This document shows, piece after piece, positions 12,392 to 32,278 of a DNA stretch of 64,000 nt (within the stretch, counting starts at the first letter, position 1; every line of letters starts with the position of its first letter). The DNA is taken from NCBI GenBank assembly GCA_002269645.1, contig NIVC01003588.1, positions 25,408 to 89,407 on the forward strand. The letters are read 5' to 3'. Below the pieces are notes generated by a model that was not told the DNA's origin, did no database searches, and saw only the letters and a program-made list of their open reading frames with translations. The position numbers and the translations under genes are program-made. The stretch is from Macrostomum lignano. Its lineage: Eukaryota.

Positions 12392-15300
12392 TATGACTGA
12401 CTGTGTGCTACTATGTGTGTCTATTTGGAGCTAGCTATAGTCTATGGCTGACTGTATGGGACTGTGTGTGTGCGTATTTGGAGCTGGCTATAGTCTATGG
12501 CTGACTGTATGGGACTGTGTGTGTGCGTATTTGGAGCTAGTTATAGTCTATGGCTGACTGTGTGGGACTGTGTGTGTGCGTATTTGGAGCTAGTTATAGT
12601 CTATGGCTGACTGTGTGGGACTGTGTGTGTGTCTATTTGGAGCTAGTTATAGTCTATGACTGACTGTGTGGGACTGTGTGTGTGCGTATTTGGAGCTAGT
12701 TATAGTCTATGACTGACTGTGTGGGACTGTGTGTGTGCGTATTTGGAGCTAGTTATAGTCTATGACTGACTGTGTGGGACTGTGTGTGTGCGTATTTGGA
12801 GCTAGTTATAGTCTATGACTGACTGTGTGGGACTGTGTGTGTCTATTTGGAGCTAGTTATAGTCTATGGCTGACTGTGTGGGACTGTGTGTGTGTCTATT
12901 TGGAGCTAGTTATAGTCTATGGCTGACTGTGTGGGACTGTGTGTGTGTCTATTTGGAGCTAGTTATAGTCTATGGCTGACTGTGTGGGACTGTGTGTGTG
13001 CGTATTTGGAGCTAGTTATAGTCTATGACTGACTGTGTGGGACTGTGTGTGTCTATTTGGAGCTAGTTATAGTCTATGGCTGACTGTGTGGGACTGTGTG
13101 TGTGTCTATTTGGAGCTAGTTATAGTCTATGGCTGACTGTGTGGGACTGTGTGTGTGTCTATTTGGAGCTAGTTATAGTCTATGGCTGACTGTGTGGGAC
13201 TGTGTGTGTGCGTATTTGGAGCTAGTTATAGTCTATGGCTGACTGTGTGGGACTGTGTGTGTCTATTTGGAGCTAGTTATAGTCTATGGCTGACTGTGTG
13301 GGACTGTGTGTGTGCGTATTTGGAGCTAGTTATAGTCTATGGCTGACTGTGTGGGACTGTGTGTGTCTATTTGGAGCTAGTTATAGTCTATGACCGACTG
13401 TGTGGAACTGTGTGTGTGTCTATTTGGAGCTGGCTATAGTCTATGGCTGACTGTATGGGACTGTGTGTGTGTGTGTCTACTTGGAGCTGGCTATAGTCTA
13501 TGGCTGACTGTATGGGACAGCGTGTGTGTCTATTTGGAGCTAGCTATAGGCTATGGCTGACTGTATGGGACTGTGTCTATGTCTATTTGGAGCTAGTTAT
13601 AGTCTATGGCTGACTGTATGGGACTGTGTGTGTGTCTATTTGGAGCTAGTTATAGTCTATGGCTGACTGTATGGGACAGTGTGTGTGTCTATTTGGAGCT
13701 AGCTATAGGCTATGGCTGACTGTATGGGACTGTGTGTGTGTCTATGTCTATTTGGAGCTAGCTATAGTCTATGGCTGACTGTATGGGACTGTGTGTGTGT
13801 CTATTTGGAGCTAGCTATAGTCTATGGCTGACTGTATGGGACTGTGTGTGTGTCTATTTGGAGCTAGCTATAGTCAATGACCGACTGTGTGGAACTGTGT
13901 GTGTGTCTATTTGGAGCTAGCTATAGTCTATGGCTGACTGTATGGGACTGTGTGTGTGTCTATTTGGAGCTAGCTATAGTCAATGACCGACTGTGTGGAA
14001 CTGTGTGTGTGTCTATTTGGAGCTAGCTATAGTCTATGGCTGACTGTATGGGACTGTGTGTGCGTGTCTTTTTGGAGCTAGTTATAGTCTATGGCTGACT
14101 GTATGGGACTGTGTGTGTGTCTATTTGGAGCTAGTTATAGTCTATGGCTGACTGTATGGGACAGTGTGTGTGTCTATTTGGAGCTAGCTATAGGCTATGG
14201 CTGACTGTATGGGACTGTGTGTGTGTCTATTTGGAGCTAGCTATAGGCTATGGCTGACTGTATGGGACTGTGTGTGTCTATTTGGAGCTAGCTATAGGCT
14301 ATGGCTGACTGTATGGGACTGTGTGTGTGTCTATTTGGAGCTAGCTATAGGCTATGGCTGACTGTATGGGACTGTGTGTGTGTCTATTTGGAGCTAGTTA
14401 TAGTCTATGGCTGACTGTATGGGACTGTGTGTGTGTCTATTTGGAGCTAGTTATAGTCTATGGCTGACTGTATGGGACAGTGTGTGTGTCTATTTGGAGC
14501 TAGCTAAAGGCTATGGCTGACTGTATGGGACTGTGTGTGTGTCTATGTCTATTTGGAGCTAGCTATAGTCTATGGCTGACTGTATGGGACTGTGTGTGTG
14601 TCTATTTGGAGCTAGCTATAGTCTATGGCTGACTGTATGGGACTGTGTGTGTGTCTATTTGGAGCTAGCTATAGTCAATGACCGACTGTGTGGAACTGTG
14701 TGTGTGTCTATTTGGAGCTAGCTATAGTCTATGGCTGACTGTATGGGACTGTGTGTGTGTCTATTTGGAGCTAGCTATAGTCAATGACCGACTGTGTGGA
14801 ACTGTGTGTGTGTCTATTTGGAGCTGGCTATAGTCTATGGCTGACTGTATGGGACTGTGTGTGTGTCTTTTTGGAGCTAGTTATAGTCTATGGCTGACTG
14901 TATGGGACTGTGTGTGTGCCTATTTGGAGCTAGTTATAGTCTATGGCTGACTGTATGGGACAGTGTGTGTGTCTATTTGGAGCTAGCTATAGGCTATGGC
15001 TGACTGTATGGGACTGTGTGTGTGTCTATTTGGAGCTAGTTATAGTCTATGGCTGACTGTATGGGACAGTGTGTGTGTCTATTTGGAGCTAGCTATAGGC
15101 TATGGCTGACTGTATGGGACTGTGTGTGTGTCTATTTGGAGCTAGCTATAGGCTATGGCTGACTGTATGGGACTGTGTGTGTCTATTTGGAGCTAGTTAT
15201 AGTCTATGGCTGACTGTATGGGACAGTGTGTGTGTCTATTTGGAGCTAGCTATAGGCTATGGCTGACTGTATGGGACTGTGTGTGTGTCTATTTGGAGCT

Positions 15301-18300
15301 AGCTATAGGCTATGGCTGACTGTATGGGACTGTGTGTGTCTATTTGGAGCTAGCTATAGGCTATGGCTGACTGTATGGGACTGTGTGTGTGTCTATTTGG
15401 AGCTAGCTATAGGCTATGGCTGACTGTATGGGACTGTGTGTGTGTCTATTTGGAGCTAGCTATAGGCTATGGCTGACTGTATGGGACTGTGTGTGTGCCT
15501 ATTTGGAGCTAGTTATAGTCTATGGCTGACTGTATGGGACAGTGTGTGTGTCTATTTGGAGCTAGCTATAGGCTATGGCTGACTGTATGGGACTGTGTGT
15601 GTGTCTATTTGGAGCTAGCTATAGGCTATGGCTGACTGTATGGGACTGTGTGTGTCTATTTGGAGCTAGCTATAGGCTATGGCTGACTGTATGGGACTGT
15701 GTGTGTGTCTATGTCTATTTGGAGCTAGTTATAGTCTATGGCTGACTGTATGGGACTGTGTGTGTGTCTATTTGGAGCTAGTTATAGTCTATGGCTGACT
15801 GTATGGGACTGTGTGTGTGTCTATTTGGAGCTATCTATAGGCCATGGCTGACTGTATGGGACTGTGTGTGTGTCTTTTTGGAGCTAGCTATAGGCTATGG
15901 CTGACTGTATGGGACTGTGTGTGTGTCTTTTTGGAGCTAGCTATAGGCTATGGCTGACTGTATGGGACTGTGTGTGTGTCTATGTCTATTTGGAGCTAGC
16001 TATAGTCTATGGCTGACTGTATGGGACTGTGTGTGTGTGTGTCTACTTGGAGCTGGCTATAGTCTATGGCTGACTGTATGGGACTGTGTCTATGTCTATT
16101 TGGAGCTAGTTATAGTCTATGGCTGACTGTATGGGACTGTGTGTGTGTCTATTTGGAGCTAGTTATAGTCTATGGCTGACTGTATGGGACAGTGTGTGTG
16201 TCTATTTGGAGCTAGCTATAGGCTATGGCTGACTGTATGGGACTGTGTGTGTGTCTATGTCTATTTGGAGCTAGCTATAGTCTATGGCTGACTGTATGGG
16301 ACTGTGTGTGTGTCTATTTGGAGCTAGCTATAGTCTATGGCTGACTGTATGGGACTGTGTGTGTGTCTATTTGGAGCTAGCTATAGTCATGGCTGACTGT
16401 GTGGACTGTGTGTGTGTCTATTTGGAGCTGCTATAGTCTATGGCTGACTGTATGGGACTGTGTGTGTGTCTTTTGGAGCTAGTTATAGTCTATGGCTGAC
16501 TGTATGGGACTGTGTGTGTGTCTATTTGGAGCTAGTTATAGTCTATGGCTGACTGTATGGGACTGTGTGTGTGTCTATTTGGAGCTAGCTATAGGCTATG
16601 GCTGACTGTATGGGACTGTGTGTGTGTCTATTTGGAGCTAGCTCTAGGCTATGGCTGACTGTATGGGACTGTGTGTGTCTATTTGGAGCTAGCTATAGGC
16701 TATGGCTGACTGTATGGGACTGTGTGTGTGTCTATTTGGAGCTAGCTATAGGCTATGGCTGACTGTATGGGACTGTGTGTGTGTCTATGTCTATTTGGAG
16801 CTAGTTATAGTCTATGGCTGACTGTATGGGACTGTGTGTGTGTCTATTTGGAGCTAGTTATAGTCTATGGCTGACTGTATGGGACTGTGTGTGTGTCTAT
16901 TTGGAGCTATCTATAGGCCATGGCTGACTGTATGGGACTGTGTGTGTGTCTTTTTGGAGCTAGCTATAGGCTATGGCTGACTGTATGGGACTGTGTGTGT
17001 GTCTATTTGGAGCTAGCTATAGTCAATGACCGACTGTGTGGAACTGTGTGTGTGTCTATTTGGAGCTAGCTATAGGCTATGGCTGACTGTATGGGACTGT
17101 GTCTATGTCTATTTGGAGCTAGTTATAGTCTATGGCTGACTGTATGGGACTGTGTGTGTGTCTATTTGGAGCTAGTATAGTCTATGGCTGACTGTATGGG
17201 ACAGTGTGTGTGTCTATTTGGAGCTAGCTATAGGCTATGGCTGACTGTATGGGACTGTGTGTGTGTCTATGTCTATTTGGAGCTAGCTATAGTCTATGGC
17301 TGACTGTATGGGACAGTGTGTGTGTCTATTTGGAGCTAGCTATAGTCTATGGCTGACTGTATGGGACTGTGTGTGTGTCTATTTGGAGCTAGCTATAGTC
17401 AATGACCGACTGTGTGGAACTGTGTGTGTGTCTATTTGGAGCTAGCTATAGTCTATGGCTGACTGTATGGGACTGTGTGTGTGTCTATTTGGAGCTAGCT
17501 ATAGTCAATGCTGACTGTGTGGAACTGTGTGTGTGTCTATTTGGAGCTGGCTATAGTCTATGGCTGACTGTATGGGACTGTGTGTGTGTCTTTTTGGAGC
17601 TAGTTATAGTCTATGGCTGACTGTATGGGACTGTGTGTGTGTCTATTTGGAGCTAGTTATAGTCTATGGCTGACTGTATGGGACAGTGTGTGTGTCTATT
17701 TGGAGCTAGCTATAGGCTATGGCTGACTGTATGGGACTGTGTGTGTGTCTATTTGGAGCTAGCTATAGGCTATGGCTGACTGTATGGGACTGTGTGTGTC
17801 TATTTGGAGCTAGTTATAGTCTATGGCTGACTGTATGGGACAGTGTGTGTGTCTATTTGGAGCTAGCTATAGGCTATGGCTGACTGTATGGGACTGTGTG
17901 TGTGTCTATTTGGAGCTAGCTATAGGCTATGGCTGACTGTATGGGACTGTGTGTGTCTATTTGGAGCTAGCTATAGGCTATGGCTGACTGTATGGGACTG
18001 TGTGTGTGTCTATTTGGAGCTAGCTATAGGCTATGGCTGACTGTATGGGACTGTGTGTGTGTCTATTTGGAGCTAGCTATAGGCTATGGCTGACTGTATG
18101 GGACTGTGTGTGTGTCTATGTCTATTTGGAGCTAGTTATAGTCTATGGCTGACTGTATGGGACTGTGTGTGTGTCTATTTGGAGCTAGTTATAGTCTATG
18201 GCTGACTGTATGGGACTGTGTGTGTGTCTATTTGGAGCTATCTATAGGCCATGGCTGACTGTATGGGACTGTGTGTGTGTCTTTTTGGAGCTAGCTATAG

Positions 18301-19607
18301 GCTATGGCTGACTGTATGGGACTGTGTGTGTGTCTTTTTGGAGCTAGCTATAGGCTATGGCTGACTGTATGGGACTGTGTGTGTGTCTATGTCTATTTGG
18401 AGCTAGCTATAGTCTATGGCTGACTGTATGGGACTGTGTGTGTGTGTCTTGGAGCTGGCTATAGTCTATGGCTGACTGTATGGGACAGCGTGTGTGTCTA
18501 TTTGGAGCTAGCTATAGGCTATGGCTGACTGTATGGGACTGTGTCTATGTCTATTTGGAGCTAGTTATAGTCTATGGCTGACTGTATGGGACTGTGTGTG
18601 TGTCTATTTGGAGCTAGTTATAGTCTATGGCTGACTGTATGGGACAGTGTGTGTGTGTCTATTTGGAGCTAGCTATAGGCTATGGCTGACTGTATGGGAC
18701 TGTGTGTGTGTCTATGTCTATTTGGAGCTAGCTATAGTCTATGGCTGACTGTATGGGACTGTGTGTGTGTCTATTTGGAGCTAGCTATAGTCAATGACCG
18801 ACTGTGTGGAACTGTGTGTGTGTCTATTTGGAGCTAGCTATAGTCTATGGCTGACTGTATGGGACTGTGTGTGTGTCTATTTGGAGCTAGCTATAGTCAA
18901 TGACCGACTGTGTGGAACTGTGTGTGTGTCTATTTGGAGCTGGCTATAGTCTATGGCTGACTGTATGGGACTGTGTGTGTGTCTTTTGGAGCTAGTTATA
19001 GTCTATGGCTGACTGTATGGGACTGTGTGTGTGTCTATTTGGAGCTAGTTATAGTCTATGGCTGACTGTATGGGACAGTGTGTGTGTCTATTTGGAGCTA
19101 GCTATAGGCTATGGCTGACTGTATGGGACTGTGTGTGTGTCTATTTGGAGCTAGCTATAGGCTATGGCTGACTGTATGGGACTGTGTGTGTCTATTTGGA
19201 GCTAGCTATAGTCTATGGCTGACTGTATGGGACTGTGTGTGTGTCTATTTGGAGCTAGCTATAGGCTATGTCTGACTGTATGGGACTGTGTGTGTGTCTA
19301 TGTCTATTTGGAGCTAGTTATAGTCTATGGCTGACTGTATGGGACTGTGTGTGTGTCTATTTGGAGCTAGTTATAGTCTATGGCTGACTGTATGGGACTG
19401 TGTGTGTGTCTATTTGGAGCTATCTATAGGCCATGGCTGACTGTATGGGACTGTGTGTGTGTCTTTTTGGAGCTAGCTATAGGCTATGGCTGACTGTATG
19501 GGACTGTGTGTGTGTCTTTTTGGAGCTAGCTATAGGCTATGGCTGACTGTATGGGACTGTGTGTGTGTCTATGTCTATTTGGAGCTAGCTATAGTCTATG
19601 GCTGACT
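12392..19607. repeat. About 7.2-kb satellite with a 53-bp unit (tatttggagctagctatagtctatggctgactgtatgggactgtgtgtgtgtc); unit length varies with the TG count
   Basis: ctatttg at 13801 and 13854. Variant units recur in blocks. Confidence 0.98.
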
Positions 19608-20320
19608 TGCCCAGATTGAAAAAAAAATCACTCCACAGATTGACAGAAGTCGGGAGAAAGATACACGGGGGGAGAGATGTGTCCTGGCTACTGCGGGATT
19701 GGTCTCCAATATTCGTGAAATGTAAGAAGCGACAGTGTCTGGCGACTGGGTCAGCGCCTGTTTTACAGCCGCCCAGGCAACGATACGGGCTCGAATATCT
19801 ATCCGTCTTCCGCCTTTGCCTTTTAGTTGCTTCTCTTCTTCCAGCGTGTCTGGAAGGCCGCTCCCCCTCATTTGCTTGTAGTCTCTTCTAGGAGGGATCC
19901 TATAAAAGAGAGGGTCGAAGCAGAGGAGGGCTCGGGCAGAGTCAGGAGGGGAGGAGAAGCGAATTACGCCAGCCGGAAAGTAAAAGTGCAGACAGTCGGT
20001 TCATGGGGGGGGGTCGCGCACACATATGGCAGTAGTATGCACCAGTGAAACCACCCCCCCTCTCATGCATTTATTTATTTGCCCATTTCTCTGGGGAATT
20101 CGGAACGGAATATTTTGGTGCGAGGATAAGAGCGGTTTTGAATTTAAGCCGGAAGAAAGGCAGCCTTATTACAAGGAATATTTGCAATAACTATAGCAAT
20201 GTAATGCTTGAAATCTGGTTCTAGAAGCAAACTATTAATTTGAAAGGGCATTGTTTTTACAGTTATATGAGTCAATAAATGAATCCAGTCTGTTTTTGAT
20301 GGGTTATTTCATGATTTATT

Positions 20321-20736
20321 CAGTGTGTGTTTGATAAGAGCTTGATTCACCCACTGTGTGTTTGATAAGAGCTTGATTCACCCAGTGTGTGTTTGATAAG
20401 AGCTTGATTCACCCAGTGTGTGTTTGATAAGAGCTTGATTCACACACTGTGTGTTTGATAAGAGCTTGATTCACCCACTGTGTGTTTGATAAGAGCTTGA
20501 TTCACCCACTGTGTGTTTGATAAGAGCTTGATTCACTCAGTGTGTGTTTGATAAGAGCTTGATTCACTCAGTGTGTGTTTGATAAGAGCTTGATTCACTC
20601 AGTGTGTGTTTGATAAGAGCTTGATTCACTCAGTGTGTGTTTGATAAGAGCTTGATTCACCCACTGTGTGTTTGATAAGAGCTTGATTCACCCACTGTGT
20701 GTTTGATAAGAGCTTGATTCACCCACTGTGTTTGAT
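20321..20736. repeat. 31-bp minisatellite (gtgtgtttgataagagcttgattcacccact)n
   Basis: cttgattca at 20341, 20372 and 20403. Confidence 0.96.
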
Positions 20737-21290
20737 ATGATATAAAGCCACTAATATTTGTGGACAATTCACACATTTAGATGACTTACACTAACTATTT
20801 TTGCCAGAAGTTCTTAATAATAGTCTGGAATTAGGCATAGGCCTTGCTGTGTTGCCTGTCTTCATGCACAGCTCCTATAGTGCGCGCCCCCTGCCTATCT
20901 GTGTGTTTGTTTGAACAGTGAGGCCACACATTGATAGCACCGTTATGCTTACAAAATGAGCAGACAATATCTGCTGATGGTAGCTTTGCCTGCCTCTTAG
21001 ATTCTATCGGTATTCAGCTTTCGCCAAGTTTAGCTACAATTTATCAATCTGTGTAGCTAGCCTGTGTCTTCCGTATGATTACCATCTAAGGAGATGCATC
21101 CAAGAAGATATTAAATTAGCTGGCTCTCTAGTTCCAAACAGACAGGCGCGAAAAAATTCATTTAACAAGCTGTGGCTTGCATGTGCGGTGCTTCATTCAT
21201 TTCGGCTGAACTGTTCAACCTGGACCAGGGGGGTCCGCAAACTCCGGCCCTCGGGTCCTTTGAAACTTCACAATCCGGGCCGCTTAGGGT

Positions 21291-21780
<490 letters not shown>

Positions 21781-22953
21781 TCCCTTGAGGCAGCCGCCCT
21801 GACTTTAGCCGCATTTCTACATGCAAGCCAGATTAAAAAGAAGATAACTGTCCCAGTTTGAATGTTATTATTCATAATTTTAGCTTTTCTTCAAGCAGGC
21901 TTCAGCTTGTATAAGAGTACAATAAGAACAACTTGATAGGCTGTCTGCTTTCTTTCCCGTCTGGCTTCCTGTCTGGCTTCTGGCAGGAAAATTTCTGCTT
22001 CAAGTTCAACTGTTGCTTTGAAAAAAGGGTGCCGCCAGAAAAAAACTCGCATCTGGCGGCGGCATTAGCGATTGAAGTACACGAGCCATTTTATTTCTAG
22101 GAAAGTCTTCACTGCCGCTTCTCGGTGCATGACTCGCTCTGTCTATCATTCTGCTGGAATAGACATCGTGCCGATCTCAGTCTCCCATGCCGCTTGCTGG
22201 CCATCAGGGCCAGCCCCCAAGGCACAGAGGGTGTACATGCCTGACGATTGGACAGTCAGGGCCGCTGTACACCCTGTGTGAGCGTGTCTGAGTACAGTAT
22301 TGGCGCGCCTGCATTGTGCTCAGGAGTCAGAGGAACGGGCAGAACTGCCGCCAGAGCTGGTTGCATGAAAAGGAGTTGGCTAGTAGTGAGGGTCGGGTCA
22401 GGAAGACCAGTTGAAACGCAGTCCGCAGTTCAGGAAGGAGCGGATTAATCAGTGAATTAGGCAGTAGCTGTGAATCCCAGTTGGCCAGAAGTGGCTCAAG
22501 CTTAAGGTCTGAGTGGATGGGGAATCCTCGCTCAAAGAAAGCCTCAAGTGTCCCATTGAGCACTGCGGGCCTTGATCGGAATTGGGAAGCGGGAGAGAGC
22601 CGCTTGGTGATTAATGACAGGGAATTTATTCTCTAAGATTGCCCGCCGTTGTGCAGATGAGGCCTGAGCGGCAACCGAAAAAAGGAGTGCCTGCTGTCAG
22701 TGGGAAATGGGAGAATTCAATTTGGAAATCTTAATCCAGCATCTTGCACTCAATGCTTTCTTCATCTCTCGACCTGCTAAAACAGACCATACTTGATGGG
22801 GTCTTCGGGCCCGCAGCCATGCCCGTTCCGCTGATCCCTGAGCACGAGCTCACACAGGGTGCACAGCAGCCGTTAATCGCTGAGCTGGATAACACTTGAA
22901 TGCTGATTTTTATTACCTTAATGGTTTGCTTATGAGCCGTCATAATCTAGCGA

Positions 22954-22981
22954 TCACGTGACCTGTGCGCGCACTGATTGG
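22954..22981 (+). promoter_or_regulatory. E-box (TCACGTGA) plus inverted CCAAT box just 5' of the APC start codon
   Basis: tcacgtga at 22954-22961 and ctgattgg at 22974-22981; the ATG is at 22993. Confidence 0.35.
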
Positions 22982-22992
22982 CAGGCGTCCGA

Positions 22993-28354
<5,362 letters not shown>

Positions 28355-28444
28355 ACATGATGGCTTTACAGCATTACACTGTCACTTGCTGCTCAGTGGA
28401 TACATACTACCCTTGGGGTCATTCTATGGCCTCCATTTGGACTC

Positions 28445-30360
28445 TTTAATGGACACATCCCTTGGGTACTTTAATGGACACATCCCTTGGGTACTTTAAT
28501 GGACACATCCCTTCGGTACTTTAATGGACACATCCCTTGGGTACTTTAATGGACACATCCCTTGGGTACTTTAATGGACACATCCCTTGGGTACTTTAAT
28601 GGACACATCCCTTGGGTACTTTAATGGACACATCCCTTGGGTACTTTAATGGACACATCCCTTCGGTACTTTAATGGACACATCCCTTAGATTCTTTAAT
28701 GGACACATCCCTTGGATACTTTAATGGACACATCCCTTGGATACTTTGATGGACACATCCCTTGGATACTTTGATGGACACATCCCTTGGATACTTTGAT
28801 GGACACATCCCTTGGGTACTTTGGTGGACACATCCCTTGGGTACTTCGGTGGAAACATCATCCCTTGGGTACTTTGATGGACACATCCCTTGGGTACTTT
28901 AATGGACACATCCCTTGGGTACTTTAATGGACACATCCCTTGGGTACTTTAATGGACACATCCCTTAGATTCTTTAATGGACACATCCCTTGGATACTTT
29001 GATGGACACATCCCTTGGATACTTTGATGGACACATCCCTTGGGTACTTTGATGGAAAAATCCCTTGGGTACTTTAATGGACACATCCCTTGGGTACTTT
29101 AATGGACACATCCCTTAGATTCTTTAATGGACACATCCCTTGGGTACTTCGGTGGACACATCCCTTGGGTACTTTGGTGGACACATCCCTTGGGTACTTC
29201 GGTGGAAACATCATCCCTTGGGTACTTTGATGGACACATCCCTTGGGTACTTTAATGGACACATCCCTTGGGTACTTTAATGGACACATCCCTTGGGTAC
29301 TTTAATGGACACATCCCTTCGGTACTTTAATGGACACATCCCTTAGATTCTTTAATGGACACATCCCTTGGATACTTTAATGGACACATCCCTTGGATAC
29401 TTTGATGGACACATCCCTTGGATACTTTGATGGACACATCCCTTGGATACTTTGATGGACACATCCCTTGGGTACTTTGGTGGACACATCCCTTGGGTAC
29501 TTCGGTGGAAACATCATCCCTTGGGTACTTTGATGGACACATCCCTTGGGTACTTTAATGGACACATCCCTTGGGTACTTTAATGGACACATCCCTTGGG
29601 TACTTTAATGGACACATCCCTTGGGTACTTTAATGGACACATCCCTTAGATTCTTTAATGGACACATCCCTTGGATACTTTAATGGACACATCCCTTGGA
29701 TACTTTGATGGACACATCCCTTGGGTACTTTGATGGAAACATCCCTTGGGTACTTTAATGGACACATCCCTTGGGTACTTTAATGGACACATCCCTTAGA
29801 TTCTTTAATGGACACATCCCTTGGATACTTTGATGGACACATCCCTTGGATACTTTGATGGACACATCCCTTGGGTACTTTGATGGAAAAATCCCTTGGG
29901 TACTTTAATGGACACATCCCTTGGGTACTTTAATGGACACATCCCTTGGGTACTTTAATGGACACATCCCTTAGATTCTTTAATGGACACATCCCTTGGG
30001 TACTTCGGTGGACACATCCCTTGGGTACTTTGGTGGACACATCCCTTGGGTACTTCGGTGGAAACATCATCCCTTGGGTACTTTGATGGACACATCCCTT
30101 GGATACTTTGGTGGACACATCCCTTGGGTACTTTGGTGGACACATCTCTTAGGTCCTATGGACACATCGCTTAGGTCATATGGAAATATCGCTTGTGTCC
30201 TATGGACACACCCCTTGGGTCATATGGACACATCCCTTAGGCCCTATGGACACATCCTTTAGGTTATATGAACACATCCCTTGGGCCCTATGGACACATC
30301 CCTATGGGCACATTACTTAGGTCAATAGACACGCCCCCGGGACCTTCAGTGGACACATCC
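28445..30360. repeat. 25-bp minisatellite (aatggacacatcccttgggtacttt)n, decaying after about 30140
   Basis: aatgg at 28448 and 28473. Identical ORF-track peptides lie 656 bp apart. Confidence 0.97.
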
Positions 30361-30655
30361 TTTGAGTCGTTCTCTAGGCGCAAACCCACCTGCAAGGTAA
30401 CTCCTCCCAAAACTCGCTAGACCAATCAAGGTTCAATACAAAACCGCTAACTTCGCCGCTTTCAAGTGTCAGAACTGCAATGCTCTCAAGTGTACACGAC
30501 TGTAACAGTTTTTTTTATTCTGTTCCACATGTTACAGTTTATGCTTAGCCACTAAAGCCAATAAATCAAACTTAGCCAGTGTATTAGTAAATATTATTAA
30601 CAATAGATGCTGATTTAGTCACCATTAAGTAGCCTGCGTTGCCGATTGATTGCTA

Positions 30656-30900
30656 TCAATGTTTTTCATTTCTAAAGTACATTTCTAAAAATTGATGCTC
30701 TGGCCATTTTTCATTCATTGCGGTTGCCCGTCGCAATTTTACAGTCGGGATCGTTGTGTCCGGGTGCGACGCAATTATTTTATCCCTCGGGAGTTGCGTG
30801 ACTGCTGGGAATCTCCCCCTGTCTTTTAACTTCTCGAATATTTTGGCAGAGAGAGGCTGCGCTATTGCTAAGCCATCAAGTAATTGCCCAGCAACAAAAA
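30656..30900 (-). other. Possible coding exon of an unidentified gene (..LSAKIFEKLKDRGRFPAVTQLPRDKIIASHPDTTIPTVKLRRATAMNEKWPEHQFLE..)
   Basis: Open frame with protein-like composition in unique DNA. No family recognised and the splice sites are unclear. Confidence 0.25.
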
Positions 30901-31011
30901 AAATTCCAGCGTGTTTAACTGAGAGGAAAAAGCAGCCGACACTGTGCGGCAAATGCTGGAATGTGGGCTGTGTTGACTACGCATAAAAGTTAAAAGCTTG
31001 TAGTATGGGTT

Positions 31012-31728
31012 TTTGTGCTTGTGGGAGTTGGGGCTATGCTTGTGGGGGTTGGGGCTGTGCTTGTGGGGGTTGGGGCTGTGCTTGTGGGAGTTGGGGCTGT
31101 CCTTGTGGGGGTTGGGGCTGTGCTTGTGGGAGTTGGGGCTGTGCTTGTGGGGGTTGGGACTGTGCTTGTGGGGTTTGGGGCTGTGCTTGTGGGGGTTGGG
31201 GCTATGCTTGTGGGGGTTGGGGCTGTGCTTGTGGGGGTTGGGGCTGTGCTTGTGGGAGTTGGGGCTGTGCTTGTGGGGGTTGGGGCTGTGCTTGTGGGAG
31301 TTGGGGCTGTGCTTGTGGGGGTTGGGGCTGTGCTTGTGGGAGTTGGGGCTGTGCTTGTGGGGTTGGGGCTGTGCTTGTGGGGGTTGGGGCTGTGCTTGTG
31401 GGGGTTGGGGCTGTGCTTGTGGGGTTGGGGCTGTGCTTGTGGGGGTTGGGGCTGTGCTTGTGGGGGTTGGGGCTGTGCTTTGTGGGGGTTGGGGCTGTGC
31501 TTGTGGGGTTGGGGCTGTGCTTGTGGGGGTTGGGGCTGTGCTTGTGGGGTTGGGGCTGTGCTTGTGGGGGTTGGGGCTGTGCTTGTGGGGGTTGGGGCTG
31601 TGCTTGTGGGGTTGGGGCTGTGCTTGTGGGGTTGGGGCTGTGCTTGTGGGGTTGGGGCTGTGCTTGTGGGGGTTGGGGCTGTGCTTGTGGGGTTGGGGCT
31701 GTGCTTGTGGGAGTTGGGGCTGTGCTTG
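31012..31728. repeat. G-rich 20/21-bp minisatellite (g(g)gggttggggctgtgcttgt)n
   Basis: Direct reading. Confidence 0.97.
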
Positions 31729-32278
31729 TAAGTTCTCAGGAACTGGACTTGCTTTGGGAACCGTGTTTGGAGTCTGTGTTGAAGGTCTTTGTTAAAGGGG
31801 TCTTTTCGAGTAGGGCTTAATGTGCTGCGATTTTTTGAATCTCTAAAGCCTGAGGAAAAAACGGTAAATTCATCCGATCAGTACCTGCCGAGCCACTAGT
31901 GCCGGCCTGCAGCAATAGTCCAACAAAGTTTGTCTTTTAGCCAGCCAAGCACGCATGCCGGCTAGGTAGAGGGCTCGGATTCCTGATCCGCTAGTATACC
32001 AGCGGGGATTAATATATGGGATATTCCGGGCGGCTGTCACGCCCTCGATGTCTTCTCGGAAACTTCGTATTCAATCTTTTCCGCTCCCTGTCTGTCTCTC
32101 CCTCTCAGTCCTGCACAGCTGGTGCCGTATCGCTAGATGGATGCGACTGATCAAGGACTCCTAAGTGACATAGAGTCTGGACTGGAAGCCAAAACGACCA
32201 CTAAAAGAAATAAAAAGAATAGCCGTTAGACACCGCGGTCAAAGGCTTAATTTTATTGTATGCATTTTATTTTCAGTT

